Assembly (NCBI RefSeq): GCF_963921235.1
Contig: NC_086109.1
Coordinates: forward strand, 13,332,001 to 13,396,000
Reading direction: 5' to 3'
Length of the DNA stretch: 64,000 nucleotides
Source: Mobula hypostoma
Lineage: Eukaryota
Both the position numbers and the translations under genes were made by a program. Shown piece after piece: positions 1 through 13,362 of this stretch. Below the pieces are notes generated by a model that saw only the letters and a list, made by a program, of their open reading frames with translations, was not told the origin of the DNA and did not search any database. Every line of letters begins with the position of its first letter. The first letter of the stretch is position 1.

Positions 1-483
1 GCTGTAGCCTATGCAAGTGGGCAACACCGTTGTGAGCAGTTATACTTGTGCGTTGGTGTGTCTGCATCGCTCTGCAATTCGCGCACGTCATGCATGCGCA
101 CACACCTGCCCGTGCAAGGCTTCATGGTCATGGTAGTCTTTCTCGGGGTAAACAAGTTTAAAGCGAGTGTCTTTTTTTGTAAAAGTGAAATGTATCCTCC
201 ATAATTTCGGAGGTCTGTAAAGCTTTATGGAAAGCATTGCAGCCAGAGTTCCTTGCCTGCCTTTCAGTCGCCCAATGGGAAGCTATTGTAGCGCAGGAGG
301 AAGTGCGATGCTACCAAGCGGACCAATCACAGTTGTTGCAGTCTGCGTTGCCGCGACGCGTAGTTACATTTTGGGAGAAGTGCGCATCAGGCTACGGCAT
401 AGGGATCCGTGTAGACATTGCGTAGGGTTCATGGCGACGTCGTATCTACGGTGTCGATTTGATGCACAGGTATAAATCAGCCT
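1..483. mobile_element. Right part of a non-coding MITE, probably PIF/Harbinger-type (left end outside the window)
   Basis: CpG-rich non-coding stretch ending GCACAGGTATAAATCAGCCT followed by TAA (484-486). TWA target sites are typical of PIF/Harbinger. It appears to interrupt a Tc1-like TIR (AGACTTTTCCACAGAACTGTA follows). Confidence 0.5.
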
Positions 484-871
484 TAAGACTTTTCCACAGA
501 ACTGTATTTGAAAATGTGGACCAGAGAGCAAGTTTGTAAATCTGGTGGGAGCAAAGTATGTTGGGAATGGTGAGGGCGGAGCGTCGCAGAAGGGGCGTGG
601 GTCAGGTGGCAGAGGAGTGCCGGGGTGGGGGTTGGTGCAGGTGCTGACGCGCGAACCCCTGAGATTCCAAGTAATTGGTGTATTGATTATTACAGAATGT
701 CCCTCTCATGTTTCCCGCTCCCTTTTTCCCGACCATGATTCCCCTCTCCCTGCTCCCTTCCCACTCTCAGTCCGCAATAGAGACCCATATCAAAATCAGG
801 TTTATCAGCACTCACAAATGTCATGATCTTTTTTCTGCAACAGCAGTACAGTGCAATACATAAAATTATTA

Positions 872-939
872 CAGTACTGTGCAACAGTCTGAGGCAACTC
901 TAGCTATATATATGTACCTAAGACTTTTGCACAGTACTG
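872..939. mobile_element. Miniature Tc1-like TIR-only element (68 bp hairpin)
   Basis: TA|CAGTACTGTGCAACAGTCTGAGG ... CCTAAGACTTTTGCACAGTACTG|TA: ~23-bp inverted repeats flanked by TA. Confidence 0.65.
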
Positions 940-1389
940 TACATTAAAAAGGACTGAAATTTTCTTAGTAAGAAGGTAATTTTCCATAATAGATTACACA
1001 AACCACTGCACTACCATGCTGCTCTAAGATGGGACATGACACACCAGAGATTATTAACCTGCAAGCCACAAGGATATGACACATCAGAAATAACAAGGAC
1101 TAATTCCAACTCCCATTAGCACTTCAAGTTGGACAGCTCTGAAGGAGACAAAAAGATAAACATCCATGGGGCTTCCTGTTACTGGAAATATTTATTCTTG
1201 ATCCCTCCTGAGAGAATCTCGGGCAATGTTTTGACCCTTTCTCATTTCATTCACTACAGGAGAGCAAAATCTGTTGAACAGTGAATGCATTACTGAATGA
1301 AAATAGAAAATGCTGTAGGTCAAGCCACATCTGTGGGAAGAGAACTAGTATCAATGTTTCAATTCAAGGACCTCCCCTTTGCTATTGAA

Positions 1390-3045
1390 AGATGCCCTTT
1401 AGGAAGACCAAAACCATTTCATGGTTTGGAGGCTTGTATGCCTCAGTACAAATCAATAGGAACAAGCAGGCTTCCGTAAGGGCAGAAGCACCACTGAGCA
1501 GATTTTCAACCTCCGCACCCTCTGTGAGAAACACCTTCAGCACCAGAGAGAGTTCTACCACATCTTCATAGACTTCAGAAAGGCGTTTGACAGAGTCTGG
1601 CATGATGCCTTATGGGCCAACATGAAGAAATTCAACATGGGGCAGAAGCTGATTCATACAATCCATCAGCTTTACGCAAGGCAACCAGTGCAGTGGTCGC
1701 TCAGGGCACCATCGGGGAGTGGTTCCATACCTCTGTAGGAGTCCGTCAGGGCTGCCTCCTCTCCCCCACTCTCTTCAACATCTTCCTGGAATGAATCATG
1801 AGTGTTGCCCTTGAAGATCATGTGAGCAGAGTCAGCATTGGAGGGAGGAACATCACAAACCTAAGATTTGCTGACAACATTGATGGACTTGCAGGAAAAG
1901 AGGACAAACTGGTCAACCTGGTCAGCCATCTTGACAGAGCCTCCACAAAGTCTGGAATGGAAATAAGTGCCGAGAAAACCAAGCTCATGGCAAATACCAA
2001 TGGTGCCATCACAACAGACATCTCAGTCCATGGTCAGAAACTTGAGACAGTGCAGCAGTTCAAATACCTGGGGGCAATCATCACTGATGAAGGATCAAGA
2101 CCAGAAGTCCTGGCAAGAACCGCACAGACAATGACTGCACTATCCAAACTCAAGACAATATGGAGGGACAGCAACATCACCATGAAGTACAAGATCAGAC
2201 TCCTGCGTGCATCGGTATTCTCCATCTTCCTGTACGCGTGTGAGACATGGACCCTCACAGCAGAGCATGGACCCTACAGAGGAAGATACAGGCATTGGAA
2301 ATGAGATGCTATCGTAACATCTTGGGCTTCTCATACTTGGACTACATCACAAACAAGCAGGTCCGCAAGACCATCCAGCACCACATTGGCCCCCATGAAG
2401 ACCTTCTCACAACAGTGAAGAAAAGAAAGCTGAGGTGGTACGGCCACGTAACAAGATCTAGTGGCCTTGCAAAGACCGTTCCACAAGGAACTGTGGAGGG
2501 GAAAAGAAGGAGCTGTACAGAGGAAAAGATGGATGGACAACATTAAAGAACGGACAGGGAAAACATTTGCGGTGACCCAGGCTCTGGCACACAACCGCGA
2601 CAGATGGAACAGACTGGTGCAAAGCTTGTCGTGACGGTGCCCCGAGGACTCCACCAGGAGTTAGGGGCACAAGGCAAGACAAGACATGCCTTAATAACCT
2701 GGAGAACTATGTTGGCTGGAGTCAGGGCTTTATGCTTTGGCCCTTAGTAGGGTCACCCATGCCAGACAGGCAAAGGGCACTGGCCAGACTGAGAGTGCTC
2801 CATCGGACCTCCAGTTTTGGGGGTTCAGTTCCGGGCAAAGAACACTGACTGGAAAAACAAAACTGCTAAAGAAACAGCAATGGAGAATCCTTCTACATCT
2901 GAAGGTAACAGTACTCCCAAGACTCCACCCGGGACTTGCATGACTGACAGAGGTGAAAACTGAGAGGAAGCTACTGACACAATGAGGTGGAGGGCCTTCC
3001 ATTGCTGCCCTAAATGGTAGCAGCATAACAGGCCGTAAGTAAGTA
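1390..3045 (+). mobile_element. Non-autonomous RTE/Rex3-like 5'UTR-derived element, split by an RTE insertion
   Basis: 1420-1447 joined to 2685-3045 aligns with the copy at 19240-20345 (GGAGGCTTGCATGCCTCAGTGACCTGGAGAGCTATG...GGTAGGGTCACCCATGCC). Boundaries approximate. Confidence 0.55.
1449..2684 (+). mobile_element. 5'-truncated RTE-clade LINE (RT pseudogene fragment plus 3' tail)
   Basis: RT motifs GVRQGCLLSPTLFNIFLE, LRFADNIDG, FKYLG, LYACETWT and LRWYGHV. Stop at 1792-1794; frameshift from a short duplication near 2246-2280. CAAGA-like tail. Degenerate TSD ATGCCTCAGTA/ATGCCTTAATA. Confidence 0.9.
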
Positions 3046-5837
3046 CTGAATGACATGTTTCCACCAAAGTGTAGGACCTCCAACCAACTGAGTAACACAT
3101 CTTGCTCAGGACCATGAGGATTTAACCCCACAGGTAGATCAGAGGACTTTTGACATGCATACTTCAATTATATTTCTTCAGTTTTGGAGTTTACCGGATT
3201 TAGGACAGAGAAAACTAATGCCAAGGACTGCATTTAAAAGTGATATTGTCATGAAAGATGTACCTGTTTTCATTCCCAATGGATGATTAGGAAATTGGAG
3301 GCCTCCTTGGAAGTACTGAGTAAGTAGCCAGGATAAACTTCACACAAATCGTTCCTGTACACACGTGTGCAGCAGATCAGCTTTTAATTTTCACTGCTTT
3401 GTGCCTTGATTGACAAGAATTAAACTGGAACATTTCTGAGCTGTTTAACTGAAGAAGCCACAAGAAGTCAACCTTTTCACCCCTGCTAAAATGTTGGGAA
3501 ATAAGTACAAGCCACCCACATGTGGGTGTAACTCAATTTCCTTGCAAGATGTTTCACTCCACAGCTGTGTCTCCACAATCCCATCTCTTAAAAAGCCCAC
3601 AGCCAGAGTTTGCGTATAGCCAGGATAAATTCAGCATCAAATTTCTTTGAGAATATCAGTCTACTGTGATAAATGTGATAAGGGCCAAATGATATATTTT
3701 AGCAATGTTAATTAATGGATAAGTATCAGCCTGGTTCTCAGCAATGACTTGTCTGTGCTTCAATTGTGCTATGGATTTTTTAATGTTTATTTATTTCACT
3801 TGTATGCAATTACTCGACAATGTTTTCCATTAATATGAGAAAACCCTTATGTGAGCTTTATCCAAATATAAGGCACTCAACGGGAGATGCACTGTAAGAA
3901 TGATGGTCTTGTGAGCTTGGCAGTTAAGGGAGGCCCTTAAGTGGGGGAAATAATACAGTCAAGATTAATCGGGGTGGGGGAAGGCTACGGCACAGGATCA
4001 AAGTAAGCTGCAGAGAGTTGTAAACTTAGTCAGCTCAATAATGGGCACTAACCTCCATGTAGTAGCCAGGACATCTTGAAGGAGCAATGCCTGAAAACAG
4101 CGGCGTCCATCATTAAGGATGCCCATCACCCTTGCTCTCAACGTTACCATCAGGAAAGAGGTACAGAGCATCAAGGCACACAATCAATGATTCAGGAACA
4201 GCTTACTGTATTTCACAGTTTTGTTTTTCTCTCTTATTGCATAGTGCATTTTACTGTAGCTAAGTTAACAAGTTTCACGAATATGCCGGTGTTATTAAAC
4301 CTGATTCTGATTCTGAAGATTAGATTAGTTTTATTTACTTATCACATGTATGTCAAGCCATCAAGGCGCAGAGCGAGATGTGTCAATTTGTATCAGCAGC
4401 CAACACATGCTGGGGGGCAGCCCGCAAGTCTCACCATGCTTCTAATGCCAACATTGCATGCCCAGAACTTACTCATCCTAACCCGTACAATTCTCAACAG
4501 GTCCCGGTCACTCCTTCAACCTGGCACATAAAGTCCACAAGGAACCGTCTCCAACTTACTTCGCGATCTCGCCGCTACAGAAGTCAGCGGTTTAGGCAGA
4601 AGCGGTTGATGTTTCGGGCCGAGGCTCTTCATCAGGACTTGAGTCACGGATGTCACAGTACGGGAAGGAGATCTGCTGCCACTGGCCGTACTGGGTTATT
4701 GCAACTTCAGACCCATTGGTGTTGCTTCTTGACATTAATCTACACGGCAGTTAGAAGGCAAGTTTAGAAGGCAAGTTCAGAAGGAAATGGGGGAGGGGTG
4801 GTTGGGGAATAAATGTTGTCAGCTACATTCTATACATTCTATGAATTAATTAAAACAAAAGTAACAGACATTACCAGACGGTTAATATTCTGCTCTTGGG
4901 GACCCATCAGTCAGATCCTTGAAACTAAAACTAACAACAGGGTGCTTCTGAGTATTAACAGTGAAAAACACTGCTTTGATAGAGCACATTTCAATCTGCA
5001 GTCGTCTTTCACACTTCAGTTCACCACTTGTGCTCAAACAGGATTTCCTGTTTTCCTTAAGCCTTTTTAATGGCACAAGACTGGCGTGTGCTGGCTCTGA
5101 CCTGCAGTCAGGTCCTTGGATCTCATTTTCACATCTGTCTCCTGCTGATAAAGTACCAGAAATGCACCCTAACTTCTCACTGATATAGCTGTGGCTTATC
5201 AGTTCAGCCTCCTTGACTTCTACGGGCTCCCTTGACCCCAGTCAAGAACAACCAGCCCCAGCACCACAGCTCAGAAAGGAATTTGAGTTCTTCAGCCCGT
5301 AATGTTAACCGTTTTACATTTACGATTCAGCAGAAGCTATCGCGCACAGTAGAAAGTTTCCTATCTGGGTGCATCACAGCTTGGTATGAGAACTATTCTG
5401 CCCAAGACCACATCATACCAAACAGCATGCCTTCCATTGACTCTGTCTACACTTGCCACTGCACTGGGGAAAGCAGGCAGCATTGTTAATCCCCACCTCT
5501 GACAGGGAGAAGGTACAAAAGCATGTCTCCAGGCTCAAGAACAGCTTCTATTGCAGTGTATTCGGACTTTTGATCAGACCTCTTCCACGTAAAAAGATTA
5601 ACTCCTGATCTCCCAATCTGCCTGGGTGTGGATCTTTATCTGTCCACCTGCACTTCACTTTCTCTGTGTCTATGACACCCTATTCTGCATTCAGTGTTTC
5701 CTTTATACAACCACAATGTGCTTACATCTAGATGGTGTAGTGTGGCGATTAGCATAACACTATTACGGTGCAGCAATCTGGGATCAATTCCTGCTGCTGT
5801 CTGTAAGGAGTTTGTATGTGTTATGTTTTGCCACTCC

Positions 5838-6240
5838 AGAAATGTGATCTAGCTGACTTTGACTGTGGAATGGTTGTGGGTGCCAGACAGGGTGGTTTGA
5901 GTATCTCAGATATTGATAATCTCTGAGGATTGTCACGCACAGCAGTCTCTGGAGTTCACAGAGAATGTTGCAAAAAATTTTACAAAGCATGCAATGAGTA
6001 GCAGTTCTGTGGGCAAAATCACCCTGGTAACGAGAGAGAGAATGGCCAGACTGGTTCAAGCTGACAGGAAAATGATAGGAACTTAAATAACCATGTGTTA
6101 CAACAGTGGTGTGCAGAAGAACATCTCTGAATGCACAGCACATTGAACCTTGAAGTGAATGGACTACAGTGGCAGAAGAGGATGAACATACACACAGTGG
6201 CCACTTTATTAGCTGCAGGAGATACCCAATCAAGTTCAAG
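5838..6240 (+). mobile_element. Degenerate Tc1/mariner transposase 5' remnant
   Basis: Translates to DLADFDCGMVVGARQGGLSIS..., similar to fish Tc1 N-terminal HTH regions; contains stops. Confidence 0.6.
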
Positions 6241-6370
6241 TTTCAGTTCAGCTTTTTGCCATTCAACCCCACACACATATACTATCAAACAAAGCAACAT
6301 TCCTCCGGACTAAGGTGCACAAAACTGTACAGAAAGTAATATAACCACAAATAAATTAACAAATAATTAT

Positions 6371-7717
6371 GTGTTGGTGTGTGGCCAAGTGGTTAAGGTG
6401 TTGGTCTAGTAATCTGAAGGTCACTAGTTCTTTACACTAGCGTGTTGTGTCCTTTTTTTCAAAAATACTTTATTTTCAAAATTTTCGAAAGAACCCAATG
6501 AGGTCAACAAAAACCTATCAGCTCAGACATGTATAAAAAGTAAGCAAAAAAAAAGACATAACTTTAGAGGAATGCCAATTGTACAAAGTGCTCAGAAATA
6601 CTAAACATTAAATCTCAAATGAGGGCCATGAGAAATCAGCTGGGGGGGAAATTGCGCATCGGCCCCCAGCCTCATCCAGGTAGGCAAGAAATGGATCCCA
6701 GATAGCCGAAAATGTTTTAATTGAATTGTTTCTCAAGAACCGTAAATTTCTCCATCTGTATGACTGAGATCATATCAGCTATCCATCGCCGAAAGGAAGG
6801 GGGAGAAGGTGATTTCCATTCCATCAAGATAAGTCTTTTGGCAACAATCATCCCCAGCATCAGAGACTGTTGTATGGCTGCAGGGAAACAAATAGTAGAT
6901 TGCGAGCAGCTGAATATAGCGAGACCAGCTTCCAAGGGGAAGGATCTTTTATAGGCCTTTGAGTACCAGTCAAATATTTTGGACCAAAATCCAGTCAGTA
7001 ATGGGCAAAACCAAAAGGTGTGTGACAACGTGGCTTCCGTCCCTTGGCATGTATCACACATTGGCGGGACAGAAGGGTAAATCCTGTGCAACCTAAGTTT
7101 AGAGTAATGGAGATGGTGGACAACTTTAAACTGGATCAGTTAGTGCCTGCTGTTAACAGAGCAAACCTGTATCATAGACAAACACTTATCCCAGGCAGCT
7201 TCAGATAATTCAATGCCCAACTCCTCTCTCCAGGCATCTCTAATCTTCACAGTAGATGCTACAGTGCAATTGTCAAACAAATGTACAAACTTAGAACCGA
7301 GATGCCTGGAGTCAGGAGGGTTCTTTAAAATATCAAAAAACATATGTTTCCCTGGAAGGATTTCAAAATTACAAATCTTATATTGAATGTAGTGTCTCAT
7401 TTGCAAATAATGAAAAAAGTGCGAATGAGGCAGTTCAGATTTCTCTTTCAGCAGACTAAATGTTGCCAACCTTTTTAGGTTTGTGTGCTGTGTTGTGTCC
7501 TTGAGCAAGGCACTTAACCACACATTGCTCTGCAACGACACCGGTGCCAAGCTGTATCGGTCCCAGTGCCCTTCCCTTGGACAACATCGGTGGCGTGGAG
7601 AGGGGAGACTTGCAGCATGGGTAACTGCCGGTCTTCCATACAACCTTGCCCAGGCCTGCACCCTGGAAACCTTCCAAGGCTCAAATTCATGTTCCAACGA
7701 GACTAGTGGATGCCTAT
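6371..7717 (+). mobile_element. tRNA-derived SINE with CORE-like segment, interrupted by an L1
   Basis: A-box-like TGGCCAAGTGGTTAAGG at ~6382. GTGTCCTTGAGCAAGGCACTTAAC (CORE-like) resumes at 7495. The 11-bp TSD GTGTTGTGTCC lies at 6442-6452 and 7490-7500. Confidence 0.7.
6453..7489 (-). mobile_element. 5'-truncated L1-clade LINE (ORF2 C-terminus with CCHC knuckle)
   Basis: ORF 6717-7091 contains CDTCQGTEATLSHTFWFC. A-rich tail at 6453. Flanked by the 11-bp TSD. Confidence 0.85.
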
Positions 7718-7738
7718 AATTATGTGCTTAATACAATA

Positions 7739-8336
7739 TATAATGCCCTGGTTCACATGGTTCATACTTTTCCTCTAGCATGCTTTTCTATTCTCTGAGT
7801 AAGCTGCTTGTTTGGGTTACTGCTGAAGACAAGATAGAGGAGAAATGAGTGCCATCCAATTGGAATGAACAGATTCAGGAGAGCTTTCTCTGGTGAAGGA
7901 CGCTAAGGTTGGGCTTGGGGCTCTTGAGAGGGGAGAAGAGAGATGACACCAGACAGAAGAGGTCGGAAGAGTCAACCAGGAGTGAGCTCGTGATTCAATG
8001 AAGCCCGGGGAGATCGGAGGAGGATCGGGGAAGGGGAAACCGTGAGCTCCAACTTGTGCACTTTAGACTGTTTCATTTAAAATGGGTCCTTTTCCTTTTT
8101 TGCTTTTTCTTTACTAACCCTTTAGTCAAATTAAGAATTATAAAGCTAAATCTTTTAATTGTATGCAGTGTACAGTCTGGTATCTCGTGCTACTGATTTG
8201 TAACAGGGTAACAAATCACGCAGCATCGACATAAATAGGGGGATTTGGGAGGGGCTTGCACTTCAATCTCCTACGTTTGGCAGGGCCGGAGGGTGCCTTC
8301 CCTAGACTTATCAGCCGACGGAGACAGAGTGTTACA
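7739..8336. mobile_element. Solo LTR
   Basis: TATAATGCCC...GTGTTACA termini (5' TG apparently mutated to TA). 4-bp TSD AATA at 7735-7738 and 8337-8340. Related to 24075-24805. Confidence 0.75.
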
Positions 8337-8344
8337 AATATAAG

Positions 8345-8970
8345 CTAAAAAGTAAACAGTACAGCCCTACTGGTGTTTCAAAGATAATGAGATCTGGGTG
8401 GCGGCAAGAAGTCCAGTAGTCTCACAGCCTGGAGGAAGAAGCTGTTTCCCATACTTGTTCTAATACTACGGTACTCACTGCCTGATGGGAGGGGAGGTCA
8501 AAGAGATTGTTGGACAGATGGGATGGGGATCACTGACAATGCTAAGGGCTCTGCATACGTCGTGCTCCTGATAAATATCTCTAGCGGGTGGAAGAGAGAC
8601 CCCAATGATCCTCTCAGCAGTCTTCACAATCCTTTGTAGGGAGTTGTGGTCAGATGCCTTGCAACTTCTATACCAGACGGTAATACAGCTGATCAGGACA
8701 CTCTTCATTGTACTCCTGTAAAGCTTGGTTAAAACGGGAGGAGTGGGTTCGCTCAACTCAGTCTTCTCAGGAAACGGAGATGCTGCAGTGCTCTCTCGAA
8801 TGAAGAGGTGGTGTTGAGGGACCAGGTGAGATCATCTATTATGTGCATTCCCAGATACTTGGTGCTCCTAGCTCTCTTTACGGAAAAGCCGTGTATGTAC
8901 AGTGAGGACTGGTCAGCCTGCACCATCCTAAAGTCCACAATCACCACTTTGGTCCTGTCCATGTTGAGAC
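8345..8970 (-). mobile_element. Rex1/Babar-like LINE 3' fragment, degenerate
   Basis: TKVVIVDFR, KYLGMHIIDDLTWSLN, LRFLRRL and SCITVWY motifs split across frames. Confidence 0.8.
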
Positions 8971-9914
8971 TCGAGTTGAGAATAAAGTGGACATTGAGTG
9001 CAAGGTCACGAGGGCATAGGCAGAGTGAAAGCATGTGCTCTTTTCACAAGATCACAAGACAAAAGAGCAGAAGTAGGCCATTCGGCCCATCAAGTCTGCT
9101 CCGCCACTCCACCATGAGCTAAACTATTCTCCCATCTCGTTCCAATTTCCAGCTTTTTCCCCACATCCCTTGATACCCCGACTAATTAGATACCTATCAA
9201 TCTCCTCCTTAAACACCCTCAATGATCGGGCCTCCACAGCTGTATGTGGCAAGGAAGGGTTTTTTTTTTCTTTTCTTTTTTACCCAAGGAAGGGTTATTA
9301 AAGACAGGAGCGCATAGGTTTATGATCGGAAGGGCGAGATTTGGATGCAACCTCAGTGGCAGCTTCTTCACCCAAAGGCTGATGTGATATTTGGAATCAG
9401 TGTCAGAAATAATGGCTGGGACAGAATGATTAGCAACACGTGCCATCTAGCCACCTAGGTAAGTATGTGGTTAGAAGGTGCTCAGAGGGCTCACTCTGAA
9501 ATGTGGGCAGATGGGGCTTGCTCATAAGGTAACGCAGTCAGCATTAACAAGTTGGGCTGAAGGGCCTGTTTCTGTACTGTATGGCTCTGTGGCTCCATGC
9601 CTTTGTAAACTGGGCCTAGAAGAGACACCGAGATGTGGAGGAGCTAGGTCAAGAAACAACGTTTCAAAAGCAGAGATAATTTTGAATTGAAATGACAAAG
9701 ACTAATTCACAAGATATTGACATAATTTGTTCCTAGTTCTCTGAATAGAATGACTCGCTGAGCCTTGTTCGGAGCCTAACCTGTTGGATGGATTAGCTGT
9801 GAGCCATGAGTTGTTGAAGTTAGTATGTAACCTACACTGCAGGAACCCATGAATACTAACTCACTGTTTTTTAATTTCTATTTTTGCACTATTTATTTAA
9901 TATAACTACTTAAT

Positions 9915-9928
9915 TATATATATATATG

Positions 9929-9974
<46 letters not shown>
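9915..9974. repeat. (TA)n(CA)n microsatellite at the Tc1 left end
   Basis: Read directly from the sequence. Confidence 0.95.
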
Positions 9975-9976
<2 letters not shown>

Positions 9977-10347
9977 GCCTATAAAAGTATTCACCGGCCT
10001 TCGAAGTTTTCATGTTTTATTGTCTTACAGCATTGAATCATAATGGATTTAATTTGGCTTTTTGACACTGATCAACAGAAAAGACTCTTTCATGTCAAAG
10101 TGGAAACAAATTTCTACAAATTGGTCTAAATTTATTACCATTATCAAACACAAAATAATTGATTGCATAATTACTCACCCCTTCAAGTCGGTATTTAGTA
10201 GATACACCTTTGACCTTCGGCGGGAGGAGAAGATGGCAGCGCGCCGCGCATGCACAGCTCTCTGGTGAAAAATGATGTCGTATCTGTTAAATAGGCGCCG
10301 TGGACAATTCTGATTTGATGGAGAATGGATGTGAAATCACGGAGGAA

Positions 10348-12181
10348 CATAGAAACTACAGCACAGAAACAGGCCTTTTGGCCCTTCTTGGCTGTGCCGA
10401 ACCATTTTCTGCCTAGTCCCACTGACCTGCACACGGACCATATCCCTCCATACACCTCCCATCCATGTATCTGTCCAATTTATTCTTTAATGTTAAAAAA
10501 GAACCTGCATTTACCACCTCATCTGGCAGCTCATTCCATACTCCCACCACCCTCTGTGTGAAGAAGCCCCTCCTAATGTTCCCTTTAAACTTTTCCCCCT
10601 CACCCTTAACCCATGTCCTCTGGTTTTTTTCTCCCCTTGCCTCAGTGGAAAAAGCCTGTTTGCATTCACTCTATCTATACCCATCATAATTTTATATACC
10701 TCTATCAAATCTCCCCTCATTCTTCTATGCTCCAGGGAATAAAGTCCTAACCTATTCAACCTTTCTCTGTAACTGAGTTTCTCAAGTCCTGGCAATATCC
10801 TTGTAAACCTTCTCTGCACTCTTTCAACCTTATTTATATCCTTCCTGTAATTTGGTGACCAAAACTGAACACAATACTCCAGATTCAGCCTCACCAATGC
10901 CTTATACAACCTCATCATAACATTCCAGCTCTTATACTCAATACTTTGATTAATAAAGGCTAATGTACCAAAAGCTCTCTTTATGACCCTATCTACTTGT
11001 GACACCACTTTTAGGGAATTTTGTATCTGTATTCCCAGATCCCTCTGTTCTACTGCACTCCTCAGTGCCTTACCATTAACCCTGTATGTTTTACCTTGGT
11101 TTGTCCTTCCAACGTGCAATACCTCACACTTGTCTGTATTAAACTCCATCTGCCATTTTTCAGCCCATTTTTCCAGCTGGTCCAAGTCCCTCTGCAGGCT
11201 CTGAAAACATTCCTCACTGTCTACTACACCTCCAATCTTTGTATCATCAGCAAATTTGCTGATCCAATTTACCACATTATCATCCAGATCATTGATATAG
11301 ATGACAAATAACAATGGACCCAGCACTGATCCCTGTGGCACACCACTAGTCACAGGCCTCCACTCAGAGAAGCAATTCTCTGCCACCACTCTTTGGCTTC
11401 TTCCATTGAGCCAATGTCTAATCCAATTTACCACCTCTCCATGTGTACCTAGCGACTGAGTTTTCCTAACTGAGTTTTCCCTCCCATGCGGGACCTTGTC
11501 AAAGGCCTTACTGAAATCCATGTAGACAATATCCACTGCCTTCCCTTCATCCACTTTCCTGGTAACATCCTCGAAAAACTCCAATAGATTGGTCAAACAT
11601 GACCTACCACGCCCAAAGCCATGTTGACTCTCCCTAATAAGTCCCTGTCTATCCAAATGCTTGTAGATTCTGTCTCTTAGTACTCCCTCCAATAACTTAC
11701 CCACTACCGACGTTAAACTCACTGGCCTATAATTTCCCGGATTACTTTTCGATCCTTTTTTAAACAACAGAACAACATGAGCCACTCTCCAATCCTCCGG
11801 CACCTCACCCGTAGACAGTGACATTTTAAATATTTCAGCCAGGGCCCCCGCAATTTCAACACTAGTCTCCTTCAAGGTCCAAGGGAACACTCTGTCAGGT
11901 CCCGGGGATTTATCCACTTTAATTTTCCTCAAGACAGCAAGCACCTCCTCCTTTTCAATCTGTACAGTTTCCATGGTCTCACTACTTGATTCCCTCAATT
12001 CCATAGATTTCATGCCAGCTTCCTTAGTAAATACAGACGCAAAAAACCTACTTAAGATCTCCCCCATTTCCTTTGGTTCCGCACAAAGCCGACCACTCTG
12101 ATCTTCAAGAGAACCAATTTTATCCCTTACAATCCTTTTGCTCTTAATATACCTGTAAAAACTCTTTGGATTATCCTTCAT
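10348..12181 (-). mobile_element. Young 5'-truncated CR1-clade LINE (RT domain essentially intact)
   Basis: ORF 10511-12286 has KSPGPD, NYRPVSLTS, YMDFSKAFDKVPH, GVPQGSVLGPLLF and KFADDTK. It frameshifts near the C-terminus. The first ~35 codons come from the flanking element. A near-identical 3' copy lies at 47115-47693. Confidence 0.95.
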
Positions 12182-12324
12182 CTGGAGAAATTTCTGAAAC
12201 GCCCGTCCGTTGCTATTGTTACTGTGTGGTCGGGAATCTTTCGGAGGGTAGGCCTCAAAATCCCCGGCCTTGCCTGCTTTTGGCAACTGAGAAAGAGGTC
12301 AAATCGCTCGGGCAGAGTTGACGC

Positions 12325-13189
12325 TGTTACGTACCCCGTAACTGGGTTGCCAAACCAGCAGAAATGGATCACTCAGTTGGAGTCTGGAGTACTAGAACTA
12401 AGAAAGTTTTATTAAAGAAACAAGCAACACATTAATCGAAAGGATAATAAATGCAACAATTCAGCGATGATAAACGCACATGTGCACAGAATTAAGATAA
12501 CAGCATCAATCAAGCTCTATCGTTGTCTAGGGGTAAATGACCAAATTTCAAAATGACTCAAAGTTCAGTCCAGTTAGTAGTTCAGTTCGCAGTATTCGTT
12601 GCCATGGCGATGGACAAGGTGGGGGAAGAGACAGAGAGAACAGGAACAACTGATCATTCAGAACACTGCTTCACTCACAGACCAGCGAGATTGCTCACAA
12701 GCAACTTTTGGGCGGGTCCTTGGTGATGTCACCTGAGGTCACCGACTGTGACCCCTCCTCCAGATGCGGTCGATCCTCTGCAGTGAACCCGGCACCCAGG
12801 CAAGGGCGGACACACACCGGGTTCCCGCTGATCGTACCTTTCCACCCTTGTCGTTATCTGATACTTCTCACCCACTCGTGAGAGGCGCACCGCTCCCAGG
12901 GTCTCGTTACCTCGGGTGGCGTGTGTGTCCTGTCTTAGCGAACCTGTCCCTTTTTATCCCCCTGCTGGGGCATCGCCTGTCCATCACTTCAAACAGTTCA
13001 GGGTTCAAAGGGGGGAGCCGCTCCAGACAGCTCTCTCTCTCCCACGTCCCTTCATTACACATCTCCAGACGCTGCTCCATTGTTCCTTATCTCTCCTTCC
13101 CCTGAGGGCAGGATGCAGACCAACTGCTGATGCCACTGATGCTAGCCCAGGCCAGCAAACATCTTAATTTTATGTGTATTCTCGTAACA
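12325..13189 (-). repeat. 3' LTR
   Basis: Direct repeat of 16305-17169. AATAAA on the minus strand at 12408-12413. Adjacent to the PPT. Confidence 0.95.
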
Positions 13190-13202
13190 CTTCCCCCCTT
13201 TT
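13190..13202 (-). promoter_or_regulatory. Polypurine tract
   Basis: AAAAGGGGGGAAG on the minus strand, immediately upstream of the 3' LTR. Confidence 0.85.
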
Positions 13203-13362
13203 AAGGATTTTTACCGGGAGGTAAAAATTACAAACATGACTACATTATTGGATACATACACAATATACATCTTTATCAGCTATTTGGCTAACACAGCGAG
13301 TTTGAAGCTGTCAACACCTTGACAGACAGTCATCACATTTTCTGTTCCTGTTACACGTGCTA

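Noticed and set aside
4604..4640. Additional hammerhead motifs (also ~35205, ~46465, ~52292, ~59815)
   Set aside because: Core or stem positions are mutated; these are decayed Penelope termini and unlikely to be active.
6371..6450. tRNA gene
   Set aside because: The B-box is decayed, no cloverleaf forms, and the sequence continues into a SINE body.
10511..12286. 591-aa ORF as a functional gene
   Set aside because: It is a chance fusion of antisense flanking sequence to a 5'-truncated CR1 RT, with no endonuclease and a frameshifted C-terminus.
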